From: Vicugna vicugna
Taxonomy: Eukaryota
Assembly: GCA_013265495.1 (NCBI GenBank)
Contig: MU058584.1
Coordinates: 2,608,508 to 2,672,507, forward strand
Direction: 5' to 3'
DNA length: 64,000 bases
Shown here: positions 1-13,960 of the stretch, one piece after another
Layout: every line of letters begins with the position of its first letter
Position numbering within the stretch: the stretch's first letter is position 1
Notes under the pieces: generated by a model
Seen by the model: only the letters and a program-made list of their open reading frames with translations
What the model was told of the DNA's origin: nothing
Databases searched by the model: none
Made by a program: the position numbers and the translations under genes

Positions 1-1239
1 GGGCACCCAGGGTGAGGAGTAGGCAAGGCCTGGGCCCTCGAGGGGTGATGACAACAAACCCCACTGCCTGCACTTGACGTTCCCGCAGCGTTTTGTCCCT
101 GCAGCCTCTCGTCCATGGCCCAGAGATTGGAACCCACTTCCAGGAGGGGCTCTGGCTCTCCCCACACAAGCCGTGGATCCAACTCAGTCTCCTTGGCATA
201 GGCCCCGGGCTGAGCAAGAAGATTTATGGAAAACGTTCTCAGGCTGCATGTCTCTGAAGTGAAAGCTCAAAGAACCATCTGAGTCACGCTCGAAGGCAAA
301 ACCACGGCGGTTGGCTTCAGATGAAGAAGTCGCAGGCAACCCAACCCCAGTTTGGAAGACAGTTCGCCTGTGATGTGTCACCCCGAGAAGGCTCCAGGGA
401 CAAAAGAGAAGAGTCTGAATTAGCAAGCTGGCGCCCGTCCCGCTGCGGGTGGAACACACACACAAGCCCAAGGCGGCTCCCGGCTGCCAGAGGAAACTTC
501 TTGCCCAAATGCCTTTTCTTGGCTGATTTTGATGGCGGTGATCGATCAAGCAGCCTCCTTGGGAAGCACCTTGAGGATACAGGGAGGGGAAGAAACCTTC
601 CTTTGGGGTTTCCAAAACATTCCCCTTTCATGCTTGTTTTTACTTAGTCATTGCCTCCCTCCTGGCCTCCGGCACCGAGCCTGCCTCCCGCCTGCCCCAG
701 GTAACCAGAGCCCCGAGAGTGCACAAAGCACCACTGTGCCAGAGTGATGTTATCAGGCGGGCCTGGCCTGCTCCACACGGTAAGACAGCAGCCGAGCCAG
801 GGTGGCCGGACCCGGAGCTGAAACAGGACTCCCATGCTGCTGACCGAGGACAGAGTGGCCTTTGTGAGGGACAAATCATATTTAGGCTCGTGCCTTATTA
901 ACATTGCAGTCATCAGAGCATTTTCTTTCCTGACTTCCAGCGCCAAAACCCTGTATAGGCTTCTGTAGGACGCAGATCAACCCTGGAGTTGACATTGGAT
1001 GGAAAGGATGGGGTGGTTCTATTTGGCTTCCGTCTTTGTGGACCCGTCAGAGCACTGAGCACACCCCAGTGCATGATGCAGAGCAAATCTTGTGGCTGAA
1101 CCATAAGGCTTGATTGAAAACTTGTCATAGGAGAGGTTAAACCAGAAAAAATTTGGTCGTCATTGAGGGAAGGAGTGTTTTTCATAGGAGAGCCTGCAGA
1201 TTCAGGACTCTGTAACCTTGGATGTGTATTTGCACTCTG

Positions 1240-1400
1240 CCAACGGGTGGCTTTGGACAAGTCACCTGAACTGTCTGAGCCTCGGTCTCCTCATCTGTAG
1301 AATGGAGATAATAGTGCCTACTTAGTAGAGTCACTGTGATGATTGCAGACAGCAAATGCAGACAAACTGGCACGTAGTAGATGCTCACGAAACAGCAGCT
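1240..1400 (+). mobile_element. MIR SINE
   Basis: Core ttggacaagtcacctgaactgtctgagcctcggtctcctcatctgtagaatgg. Confidence 0.75.
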
Positions 1401-4001
1401 TTCATGTTAAAAGGATCCCCACCCCTCAACTCCAGAACTGTCAGAATTGGTCTCAATAGCCCTATGACACAGATGGATATGCGTATTAAGGTCTTAAAAA
1501 TGTAGTGTAGAATCTGGCACAAATGAAGAGAAAAATCTTTCAATAAACCAAAAGGATATTAACAGCCAGAAGTTTCAGTACCATAACCCCTTTAATCACA
1601 CGAAAGTGCCCCCATGTAATGAGCAGGGCCAGGTCAGGGAAAAACGCTGCCATGTAAAAGCAAGACAATTTGGTTGTGGACTTTCCAGGTTCCCACCTCC
1701 AAGTCAGATGCTGGCCCCCGTCAGCTGTGCACCTTGTAAAGCAAAGCCCTGATGGGCAGGCTGTGAAGAGGCTCAGGTCTCCACCCAGCCAGCCATCGGG
1801 GAGTCAGGCCGGCCTGGAGAGGAGACAAAGCATCACGGCACCACGGTGAAGGGGTCAGCCTTTTCCACCTACGGCAGGGCTGAGCCTCCTCCTGACAGAG
1901 GTTGTAGGCTGTCAGTTTCAATTCTCTGAGTGCGGAAAGTCTCAACACTCACAGCGCGCACAGATGGAAGACCCACTATCCGCTTATGGTTATACTGGGC
2001 CCTGTTGGCTGTTTAGAATCCCCCTCTTGCTATAAGGTCCTCTGAGGACCCTATTAAAAGTTCTCTTGGCTAAAATTCACTGGCACATAACTGGTTAGGA
2101 CACTCACAGAAAATTTCATCCCTCATCAAAGCCCAGCTCAAACAACCAAACCTCCTCCACCAAACCTTCAACTACGCACCCTTCGATCATAATAGCCCAG
2201 TGTTTACACCATTCGTGTGACCAGAGAAGATCAGATTGTCCAAGAGCAAGTTTATACAATTTAGGAGAGGTGGAGGGGAGGGAGCATCTTTTAAAAAGAC
2301 AGAACACAAACTTGTAATTCAAATCTGACTTTTACAAAGTATGTAAATATTTATTTAGAACGGAAAAAGAGATAACAAATTATAAAATTTATGTATGATT
2401 TATATATAAAATATAAACAGCTGGCAAGTACAACAAGCATCACAAAATCCAGGCGGGGGGAAGCACATTTTCAGGAGCTGCCTGCCTGATACATGTTCAT
2501 ATCTTCAAACACTTTTAGATGCATACTATTTCGTATGCATACACACTTTTGCAATATTTTCTGCTATAGAGAATAAAAAATAATTCCATCTTTCTTTTAG
2601 CGTGATTAATTGGAAAGTGTTACTATTGATCAGTGGGATGCATGGAACGTGTAAACACACAAGAGATTTACTCAGTTTTGTGCGACGGTTACAATTTGTT
2701 CATACAAACTCAGGAATTCTGACAAAGTCTGTACCACGTGATCCCCATTACACACCCACATACCCACACAGCCTACATATATACGTGCACTGGGTATGGG
2801 TGTGTTTGTAATTATACTTCACCTTTAAGTGTGTCCCTGACTTGAGGAAAGTTCCATTTTGATTAGTCATTGAAAAAAGCCAAATCCTGCACTTCCAACT
2901 GGAAGTTTGGAAGAATTTTCCAAAGACTAGCTTCTGGCTCCATCTATTTCAAGTCTTCCTTCCGTACCACGATCTGCATGCTTCTGGTGCCAGGCGTGAG
3001 GGGACCTCTGGCCCTGCATCTTTGTTTCATCAGTGACTTGGAACGTGGATGGTAGGCGTATTCTTGGGAGCCACTTCTGCACCAACTTGGCTAGATTCAC
3101 TGCACACAGAAATGACTGTGGAAAGCACTGACCCAAAACCTCTGCAATCGCCATTCAACTGCCCCTGAACCAAATGTTCAAATTGCTCTTGTACCACCAC
3201 CCAACACGGGGGAGATGGGGTGGAGAGAAAGGCAGAGTAGAAGAGAAGGTCTTAACTGATTTCTATTTAAATATCTTCAGTATGTACATTTCCCCAAAAC
3301 CCATGACTACTTGAATGCATCCCTAGAACTTCTCCAAGAGTCTTTGAAGGCACCTGTGGAAATGAGCTGTCCAGAGACATAAGCTGCGTTAGTGTCTCAG
3401 CGACTCTCACCATTTCTATCACCTTTCTGGATTAACCTATTATATTGTTATTTACCACCATTCTGCATTTATGTCCTGTCTTTACCACTTACGACCTATG
3501 CGATTTGAGCCAGGTGCATTAACCTTGCTGAGTTTCAGCTTGAAAATCTGGAGAATGGGGGTAAAATAGAGAATGTTCGGGAAGCTCTTGGGAGAATGGT
3601 GGGAGGTGATGAGTGGGAAGGATCTCAGAAGTCAGCAAACAGCTCCCATGCTCATGGCAAATCCCGTGATGGAAGTGGCAATGGAGGTGTCTGTCATACT
3701 CATGAGTTATGACATAGGGAACAAAATAGTGAGTCTTTGAACCGACTTTGGATTGCCCTCAGGATGATAGTCAATTTTCTAACAGCGCTTATGAGGCCCT
3801 CTGTGGTCTGGCCTGCTCACCTCTCCCACTGCCTCATCTCCAAAACCTCCCTCTCTCACACTCCCCTACTCCATCCTTGCTGCTGGACCACGAGGAATTT
3901 CTCCACCGTGCAACCTCTCTCCGGCCTTCGGGCCTTTTCCCACGCTGGTCCCTTTGTCTGGAAGACTCTTACCTTCACACTCTCTCCCTTTGCCTCACTA
4001 C

Positions 4002-4195
4002 TTTCTTTTTCTTCTTTTTTTTCTTTTTAGTTTTTAATTGAAGGATAGTCAGTTTACAATGTGTCAGTTTCTGGTGTATAGCATAATGTTTCAGTCATAC
4101 ACAACATACGTATATTCCTTTTCATATTCTTGTTCATTATAGGTTATTACAAGACACTGAATATAGCTCCTTGTGCTGCACAGCAGGACCTTGTC
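4002..4195 (-). mobile_element. L1 3'-end fragment with poly-T tail
   Basis: ttttaattgaag...tttacaatgtgtcagtttctggtgtatagc motif, also seen at 52915-53160. Confidence 0.75.
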
Positions 4196-7100
4196 TGCTT
4201 GTTCTCCCCTACTAGGGCTCCATGAGGACTCACAGTACTTAGTGCAGCGACTGACGAACCCTAGGTGCTCAACAACTATTTGTCAATGATTGTTTAAGTG
4301 AGAATAAGAAGAAAAGCTGACCCTCCAACCCCTTGGTGGCATCTGGAAGAGGCAGCACAGGGATGGGAACCCTTGGGATTGCTCTTCAGGCGATTGGCTG
4401 GCTCCAGAGCACAGGAGACTTTCTCCTATCGGATGGCAGAGTGTGAAAGCCTCACTCCCTACGGGCCTTTTTTCAAGGAGCGTGGACACCATTTGCTGGA
4501 GTCAGTGACCCCACACCTCAAAGGGTTTGCAGAGCTTGTTGGACTAAATGAAGGAACCTTGTACAGGTCAGGGACAGTTGCCCTGATAACACAGGCCTCC
4601 CTGGTTGCTGAGTGACCAGCCACATAAAGGAGGTGCAGGTGTCTGTATGAGGTGGGGTGTTCACTCAGTGGCCAGCCCTGGGGCTGCTCTGAACAGGAAG
4701 GACTCTGCCTGCTGTGGAAGCACGGGAATAGAAGTAGAGGAAAGAAATGGGTCATTAATCAGAAGACAATGGCCTGAGGTCAGCCTTCTTTCAACCCTCA
4801 AATTCGTCTCTAAGGCTCAGGATGTAGCCTACAAATCAACTTTTTTTCTGGAAAAGTGTCTAACCTGTGTTTGAATAATTCCCCATTCTCCTCCACAGCA
4901 GGCAGAAGCAGGAAGCCTCTTATATCATGAATTTTTTTTAGGTGCAATGGGGAGGTTACTTTACACACTCTTAATTGTCCATTATGGTCTGAAATTCCAC
5001 AATTAGACATGCATTCCTTTGGCTTAGTGTTTCTTTCCCTGTTAAAATACAAACATCACTGCCAGTCTGTACTTTGAACTGTCCCCATATTTACACTTAT
5101 ATTACTTGATATAATCCACTCCTGACCTCGGGATCTGCTACTTGAGTCAGGAGAGTAGGGAGTACGCTAAAGGGGATTTTGAACCCCAAAGTCATCGTCA
5201 CCTCCTTTTCAATTTTTCCAAGTGCTTTTGTCCCTGCCTCAACTCGCATCAGGTTACATAACAGTCATCCTGTGACACTCTTTACCATGGGTATTTTTTT
5301 TTCTTTCTCTGCATTTTCCTACCTCTCTCCCTCCATTATTTTTCTCCTTTCATTCAATTTCTTCTCCACTTTTCTCTCTACTCCATCTACCCCAAGCCTG
5401 CAGGGACACCCACACATATGCTGACGGGCATTCTTCAGCACAAGGGCAGTGCAGTATGCGACAGACAGCACGAAGACTTTGTTTACTTAGCTTCCATTGT
5501 CCAGTAGCTGTGTGACTTTGGACAAGTCACCAGTCTTTCTTTTCTCCTTTGGCAAGTGGGAATAATAAGTTACACCAGCTGCAAGCTCTTGGGCCCTCTC
5601 CCAGAGCTCCCAAAGAGAGATCTCCATGACTGTGGCCCAAAAGCCCACGTTCGCCAAGCCTCCCAGGTGATTCTCACGTTCTCTAAAGTTCGAGAGCTAC
5701 TGTCTCCCACGTCAATCTTAGTACCTAAACTGACTATTGCAATAAAGGACAGAAAAGCACTCATCAGATTTTACTGACTATTCATAGCAGTAAGATCACC
5801 TTTTTCCACTGGCCATTCAGACCCAAGGAAATGATTCGCCAGGAGGCTCACAACTGGTTAGTGATAGAGGCAGAAGGCAACCCAAGTTCCATGCTTTGGG
5901 GTTCAGGTCTGTCTCTACCGCACCATCCTGTCTGACCCTCCAGCCACCACTCATCCTTCCTTCCAAAGAGTTCTCACCACTGAACAAAGGAACCATGAGA
6001 GTTCTAGAACCGGCAGGCAAAAAGAGTAAAGTAAGTGTGTGTGTCTGTGTATGTGAGAGAGTCAGACACACAGACACAGAGCAGAGAGACAGAGAAAGAT
6101 AGAGACATAGAGACAGAAACAGATAAATAGAGGGAGAGAGGTATCTCCCTCTTTTATTTCCTGCACTCATTACATTTTCTCTTATTTCCGAATTCATCAT
6201 AAAGGTTAGATGCCTGATATGTTCTTTCTAAATTCCTGAAAATTCAACTTTAGGTGAATATCATCATAATTAAATTCCATTACAGGGAAAGGGTTTAGAA
6301 GACTAATGACATTTTTTTCCCCTTGATACTGAAATTTGATCTATACGTCCATTTAGGTATCTTATGTGCTTCCTTATAGTTGAGAACTGTTCTATCAAGT
6401 TTCAGGCTTCCACCTGATAAAAGATTTTTGGACCAAGATACTCATTTAAAACATTAGCTATTATCTGGCAGGGAAATTAATTTAATGATGCCTCAGGAAA
6501 AGTGAAGTTGAAAGAGCAGTCGTCTGAATGTCAGCAGATTCTAGGTTCCAGCCCAAAGAATGAGCTTGGAACCCCCGGGTAAGTCCCTTGTCTTCCTGTG
6601 ACTTATACATGAAAAGCATTCAGAATAGTTCATGGTACATAGCACTTTCCTCAGTGAACATAGGCACTGCATTACTAAATGTGAGTTTTTACCAAAGAAG
6701 AAATCTCGCACAATCTACCAGAGGAACGGAAGCGTCATTGCCTGATGGGGTCCACAGCATCATGAGAAGTAAGAGTCTGTAGCTGGTTCATGAAACACAG
6801 CAGAGAATGTGGGAAGAGCACTTCAAACGGAGGGGCAGCACCTTTGTAGACGGGTGGGGAGGGGTGTCATGTGTGTGAACACCTGGAGCAGAGGGCCATG
6901 CTGGGCACATCATTCTCCATCATGAGAGGCTGGCACAGGACAGTGTCAGGAGAGCAGAGTATGCTCTGTGAGGGAGGGGTCTGGATGGATCCCAGCAACC
7001 TACCAGATGGGGTGGGGGTGGGGCGCCCACAACTGTCCATCAAGCACGACCCAGAGGCCCAGGGCAGAGGATACTGGAACGGGAAGGTGGGGATCAAGGC

Positions 7101-9089
7101 GCCATCAAAGAAGGAGAGTGCTAATACGAACCCAGCTTGAAACCAGCTCAAATCAGCTGGCCCTGCACTGGGGGCAGCTACTTAACAGAACAGACATGCT
7201 AACCGGACAGTGAGGCAAGAACTGCCTTAAGGAGTTTGGTTTAGTTTCAATGCTAAGTCCAGTAGTGGAAAAAAAAGGCAGATACATCAACACGTAGTTG
7301 TGTCTTTTCTCAGAGACCTGCTATGCAGTATCAAAATAGCTGGTGGAGAAGAAACCGTGTCCACCTTCCAACCTAGGTGCATTGTGCAGAAACGTTCCTG
7401 AGGGGTGTGTCTCATGCCCTCTATTGACGCCCTTCAGCATCTCTTCAGATCCTCTTTCTCTAGCTGCTGAAACGGGCTTCACAGAGGTGACTGGACAGTC
7501 CCCCATCTCAGACCTTGGCCACTCGCCTCCCACCTCCAGCCCTTTCTGTGAATGCCGTGCTTTGGGGAAACTCAAAAAGCTCCCTGGAGACCCAACCTAC
7601 CCAACCCAGGAGTGCAGCATCTCAAAGGCAAAACTTCGACCCATGGTAGACAGGAGCCAGGGGAGGAATGCTCTTCCTTTACTCCCCGCTTGGATGGTCT
7701 TGAAATGCACTTCCAAGGGTGTCTCGGACTGCCCGGTCAAGCAAGCAGTCACCTGTGTTGGTGACCAGCTAGCTCACTCCTCCCATGCTTTGCTGTGCCC
7801 ATCCTTCACTTCTGCTTCCTGTGACCCTTCTCCTCTGTTAAACCTCTTACCCAGCTCTGCTGTCTGAGACATCTACTAACTGAATGTGTTCTATCATCTT
7901 GTAGATGTAAGTCAGAACAACGGAGATTTTAACAACCAACCTACCTACCAGGAACAGATCGATAGAAAAGTTTCCTAGGGAAAAGCTGCAAGCAGCCGGT
8001 TTTTTCTGGTCATCAGATTTCCTAATTCCCCTAACCCAGACTTGTTTGATAAAGTTTGGATAATATTCAGCATACTCACCTTAGTTTGGAAGAGAGAAAA
8101 CGTGTTTGTTGATAAGGTTGATCTGGGTGGACCTACTGTTTCAGTGGGTAGAAGAAATACCTTGTTTGGTGTATTGGTAACCACATGCCCAGAGCAGAGG
8201 CACCGATACCATTGGAAGGAGGAAGTAGCTTATCATCAGTCCTAATGAATGAAAATCTCTGACATCACTCGTCTAAGTAAGTCTAAGAATTACTTGCTTA
8301 TTTTCTATTGAATTTCATGGGTAACACTTTCCTCACCGCTTCAGAAGTATATACATTTAAAGTTTAATAGATCACTTTTTGGAGGTTTTTAAAAATGTTC
8401 CCTGCACAATTTAAAGTGCTTTAATGGATTATCATTCTTAATATTCACAACAACTCTGATGGGAGTACAGTACTATTGCTATTACCCATTTTATAATGAA
8501 GAAAGCTGAGACCGAGAGATGTAAAGTCACTTCTCAAGGATCACACAGCCCTTGAACACTGCACAGTAGAGCTGGGATGTGGACCGAGCAGGGGTAAGAG
8601 TAGGGGTTACACTGTAGACAATGTTTGTATTTTGTAAGTGTCTCACTTGCTACATGAACTTCCGCGAATACCCACAACAGCACTATGAGCGAAGTATCAC
8701 TTTTTGCATTTCAGTGTGAAGAGCCAAGCCCCACGTTCACCACACCCGCCAGCATCAGTACCGGTCTAACTGCAGACACCATGCTCCTCCCACTGCATCA
8801 TAGCGATGCTGAAGCTGATGCCTTCTCTGCAGGCATTGCCTAACCCAGGTAACCATGATATACCTCACAGGGCAGGGAGAAGAGGAGACAAGCCTGGGAG
8901 TGCACAAGGTGGGGGAACAAATAGAAGACGCCAAGTAAAGCTGGAACCACCAATGGTTATCACCTTGGTGAGGAAGGCATTATTAGAACTCTCTCAACCT
9001 GGGAAGAGGAAGGAAAATCAATGCTCCCCAACAGGGGAGGTAGGCAAAGGAAAAATTTTCTCTCCTGAAAATTCTTAACCATTAGCCAA

Positions 9090-10553
9090 CCCTCATGAGT
9101 GGTTGAAGTCCAAATTCATATTACGTGAATTGACTGAAAATCTTAAGTCAAAAAATTGCATTAAAAAGTAAGCTCATGATGGTAATATACCCTATTACTC
9201 GGCAAAAGAATATATTCAAAGCTGAAAGTACCCATCTTCAACCCAGGTCTCAAATAATTCCCACAGGCATGTTTCCAAAAATATAAGCTCAAAGGAAAAA
9301 AGAAAATCACAAAATACCACAAGAAAACAAGGCACCAAGAATGAGAGCTCATCAAAACACAGTAGACCAATCAGACCTGTCAAAACTTCAGCTTCCAGAA
9401 CTATCAGGCATAGATTGTTAAAAAAAAAAAAGCGTGCTAAATGTATTTGAAGAAATAAAATGAGAATTTAAAATGTGAGCAAAGAATTAAGAGACTATTA
9501 AAATTACCAAGCAAACTTAAAAAAAAAAGTAAGATAGAATTTTTAGAAATAAAATACAGTAATTGAAATTTTAAAACATTTTTAAAATGGTTTTTATTTC
9601 CAGGAGCATGACAGATTATGTATCTAAACCAACTCTCCCACAAAATATAACTTAAAATGTTAGACAAAATGTTCAATCCTTTTAAATGCATCCATGAGCT
9701 GGAATAAATGTAAGGAAGAGTCAGTCAATATTTAAGTAAAGGAGCAAACTCAGAACAGTAAGTAGAGGCCGAAACAGTTTTTTGATGAATTTGAGCATCA
9801 GTTTTCTCAGTTCTTTTAGGAATTGAGTAATAGGTAAAGTTAGGGCCACCCAAGTTAAGTAATCTAATAGAAGATGCCTGCAGAACATCTGGACCCCAGA
9901 GAGCCACAGGCTTAATATAAAATAAAATCAATTGTATCAGTCTCTGAATTTGAATGGAAGTGGGGGCAATTACCACCACTAAACATCAGAGCTCAAGCAG
10001 GTCCTCATGCAACCTGGATGGTTCAAAAACCCTCAGTGTCAGCACTCAGTTTGGTCTCAGACTGACAGAAGCCAATGCAAGTCCACTCCAAAGAAACACC
10101 CCTCCATCTCTTCTTTGGTATTTCTTTTCTTGGGTACTTTTCAAAGACAAAGTACCAACGAAGAAAAAGTGCTTTCCATTATAATTTATTAAATTAACAG
10201 GGAAACAGGCACCATGAGCGAAATCCTGCAAGAACGGCAGGCAGAAGAATCAAACTTGCAAACACATTACAAATTAGACTGATCAGATGAGAATACGAAA
10301 TATGAGTAGTAAGGGTGAAGAAATCCAGATAGAAACCTAAAAATCTACGAACAAACAGATGAAAAAAGGAAATAAATAGAACCCTATTGAAGTTAAAAAA
10401 AAAATCCTAAATAGATCACAGATTTAAATGCAAAAGGGAAAAACCTACCTCTCTTCAGAATCCCAGAGTAGTCAAGAATTACTTCAACAAGGTGTGAAAA
10501 CTGTCACCCAGAAAAAAGATAAATTTAACTCTATTAAAATTAAGAATTTCTGT
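9090..10553 (+). mobile_element. Degraded ancient L1 fragments (continuing at ~11610-11900)
   Basis: A-rich, L1-like composition; interrupted by the younger L1 above. Confidence 0.55.
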
Positions 10554-11245
10554 AAGTAAAACCACAGTGAAATATCCCCTCACACCTAGAATGGCTATTA
10601 TCAAAAAAACGAAAACAAAAGAGAACAAGAGTTAGAGAGGTTGTGGAGAAGTTGGAATCCCCATGTACTCTTGGTGGGAATGTAAATTGATGCAGCCACT
10701 GTGGAAAACAATTTCAAGTTTCTTCAAAAACTTTAAAATAGAACTTTCCATATGACTCAGCAGTATGTACCCCAAAAGAATTAAAATTGGGGTCTTAAAG
10801 AAGTATCTACACTCCCATGTTCACTGCAGCATTATTCACAATTGCCAACATGTGTAAACAACTCAAGTGCACATCAACAGATAAACAGATAAAGAAAACG
10901 TGGTGTACACATGCAATGAAATATTATTCAACCTTAAAAATTAAGGAAACTCTACCATTGGCAACAACGTGGATGAACTTGGAGGACATTATGCTAAATG
11001 AAGCAACTCAGTCACAAAAGGACAAATACTGAAAGATTCCATTTACATGAATTATCTAAAATCGTCAAAAGTATAGAAACAAAATAGAAAAGTGGTTGCC
11101 AGGGGAGACATTAGGGAGAATCAGGAGTTGTTCCGTGGGTGTTAGGCTATATGTACGCAAGACAATCAAGTTCAAGAGCTCTCCACTACAACCCAGTACC
11201 TCTAGTTAACAATAAAATGTTGTGTACTTAAAAAAAAATTTAAGA

Positions 11246-11390
11246 GGGGTGGAAGGGTATAGCTCAGTGTTAGAGCACATGCTTAGCATGCACGAGGTCC
11301 TGGGTTCACTCCCCAGTACTTCCATCAAAAAATGAATGAGTAAACCCAATTATCTCCCCCCCGTAAATAAATAAATAAAATTTAAAAAAA
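11246..11390 (+). mobile_element. tRNA-derived SINE (camelid vic-1-like)
   Basis: A-box-like TAGCTCAGTGTTAGAG, B-box-like GGGTTCACTCCC, A-rich tail. TSD aaaaaaaatttaagaggg at 11231-11248 and 11387-11404. Confidence 0.85.
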
Positions 11391-11425
11391 AAAATTTAAG
11401 AGGGTAAATCTGTTGAATATTTTAC

Positions 11426-11449
11426 AACACACACACACACACACACACA
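11426..11449. repeat. (CA)n microsatellite inside the L1 3' UTR
   Basis: Direct observation. Confidence 0.9.
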
Positions 11450-13902
11450 AAGAAGCACAAGGAAATTTTTGGAGGCGATAGATATGTTTAGCACTTTGAT
11501 TGCAGTAATGGTATGATGGTACATGCAAATGTCCAAACTCATCAAATTGTATGCGTTAAATATATGCAGTTTTTTGTCTTCAAAGCTGTAACATAATTAA
11601 GAATTTCTGTTTATCGGTAGAATTGAGAGTGGAAAGAAAACCACGAATTAGGAGAATACATTTGCAACGTATATATAAACAAAGGGTTATATCGAGATTG
11701 CTACCAGTACTCTACCTATCGGTGCAAACCAGTTTTTAAAAAGGACCAAAAACTTGCCGAGACCCTTCACAGAGGAGACAGGAATGGCTGATACATGTGG
11801 GAAGATGACGCTTGAGCACCCGAGTAATCAGAGAAGCAAATAAAAATCGTAAGAAGTCTTTTCGTTATTAGCCAATTGTGAAAAAAATAGCATTCTGAGT
11901 AAGATACATGTGAACTGCAAAATGCAAATGGCATGTCTAATTATGTGGGGAAATAATTTTACTTTCCTAAATGGAGTTCTCAAGGGGTTCTCTGCCACCA
12001 CTGAGAACTCCTGCACAGTAAACCCCGTGAGAGCGGTGGGGTTTTTTTCCTCCTCGTTATATTTTCAGCACCTATAGTGCCTGGCACTTAACATAGTCTC
12101 ATTAAATATTTGATGGAAGGCGAAAGGGAGGAAGGAGGGGAGAAAGGAAGGAAAGATTGAGGGCAAAGATGATGTCCCAGGTGTTTGCACATTTAGGGGA
12201 TTAAACCTCTCGTCTGTGGCCTGTGTAGATAAAATCCTGAGACTAAGTCCAGGCTCTAAACTTGGGGAGGTCAGTTACACTTGGGGGAGTCAGTGAAGCC
12301 CTAGGAATCCATTTTTCCCTGTTTCAGGGGAACAGGCCCCATCCCATGGTGGTGGTGAGGTTCAAGGGTGCTTGGACAGTGGCTGGTCACCCATTAAAGC
12401 TTTAAGCAAATGTTAGTTGGCCCCCAAACAGTTTGGCCCCAAGGTCTGAGACCTCCCTGTAAACATGTTTCTGGATCATTTGCCTCCGGAGGCCTCCAGG
12501 GCTACAAACCCTCCCTTCCCTCTGGCGGCTGTCTGCACCCCTTGAATGGCAGACAGTCTTTCTCCTGCAATTGGAGATAAAGATACCGGGGGTGTTGACA
12601 ATAAGCTTCACCTGCCTCACGGGAGCAGGCAGGCTCTGTATCGCTGAATGAGTGTGAATGAAGACCGTGATGGGGCAGAGATACCTGCTTCCCTCAGGGG
12701 CAGAGCCAGGTCACGCCTGAGCCCAGGTCAAGAAATTGAGAGGGCCCTGGGGGCCGGTGTGGGGGCTGCAACCCAAACCCATTGTTCACCTTAGGAGAAA
12801 GGCCGTCCCCTGTGCCACTCACGGGCCTCCGCCCTCCACCCTGCTCCAGTCTACAAGGCTGGACGTTTAGGAATGTCATCCAGGCTGAGCTTAGCCTCAG
12901 TCAGCAGGCAGGTGGGCCACTAGGGACATGGGCACAGGAAGACGGCCTTTCCCTCCATACAGCAGAGGCCGTGTCGGATAAATCGGGGCAGCCTTCCTGG
13001 TGCCACACCTGCAGGAGGAGCCCACATCCTCCCGGGGGGTCCGCCTGAGACCAGCTCCTGGACAGAGACACCCTGAAATACCAGCCCTGCCTCCCCTCCT
13101 CTCTACCAGGCAGCATCTGACCCAGGTCAGACCCAAAGGGCCAGGGGTTGGGACATGGCTTCCAGGATCAGTGGACTCAGGCTGCAGTGGATGGCAGCAA
13201 CACCGCCAGCTGCAGCCAACAGAAGTCCCCAGGAGGGTGACATGTAGAGCCACTTAGAGGGTGGAGTCAGCACCGACCACACTCAAGGGTCAAAAAGAGA
13301 GAGCAGTGAGGGACAGTAATAGAAATAAGAATCAAATAGCAAGAAGCACATTTCCCTGGGTGACCATTATGTGCCGGGCATTTTACGTGCTTGGTGTCCT
13401 TTAATTTCTCACAGCCGCCTTAGTTGTAGGCATTGGCATTATCCCCGCTCTCCTGAGGCCTGGAGAGCTTCACAAGGTCACACGATTGCCAGGCCCAGAG
13501 CAGGTCTTGCGAGCGCACGGTGTCTGACTCCCGCACCCGCTCTCCTCACCATGCTGCTCTTCTGCCCATTAAGAACAGAAACCTGTTTCTGTGGTTGGTT
13601 TTCTAATCTGAGACCACAGGGTGTCAGGCTCCGAGCTCTTATGAAGCCAAGGGCAAGGCAGAACCCTCTCATTCTGGGAAATACTAACCCCGGTAAGTCC
13701 CGGCACCGACCAAGAGCCAGACATACAAAAATGGGAGACACTCCAGGCCCCACCTTCCTGTAGCCCCTGATGCAGACCAATGGGAGCTCCGAGAGCCCAT
13801 GGCAAGGGCGGAGGCCTGGGCATGGAAGGAGGCTCAGCGGGCCTCCTGGAGGACGCGATAGCTAATCTGAAACCTGAAGGATGAGTGAGTTAGCCAGGGG
13901 TT

Positions 13903-13960
13903 TGTGTGTGTGTGTGTGTGTTGGTGTGTGTATGTGTCAATGTGTGTGTGTGTGTGTGTA
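13903..13960. repeat. Interrupted (TG)n microsatellite
   Basis: Direct observation. Confidence 0.9.

Larger units (their letters stand above)
10554..11594 (+). mobile_element. 5'-truncated L1 (ORF2 C-terminus plus 3' UTR; L1MA/MB-like)
   Basis: ORF 10817..11032 is an L1 ORF2 C-terminal remnant (MFTAALFTIA...WMNLEDIMLNE). 16-bp TSD aattaagaatttctgt at 10538-10553 and 11595-11610. Confidence 0.9.

Noticed and set aside
74..950. Dense overlapping ORFs at the window start as a possible processed pseudogene
   Set aside because: No recognisable parent protein, poly-A tail or TSD.
10817..11032. L1 ORF2-like ORF as a functional gene
   Set aside because: Short, disrupted remnant of a 5'-truncated L1.
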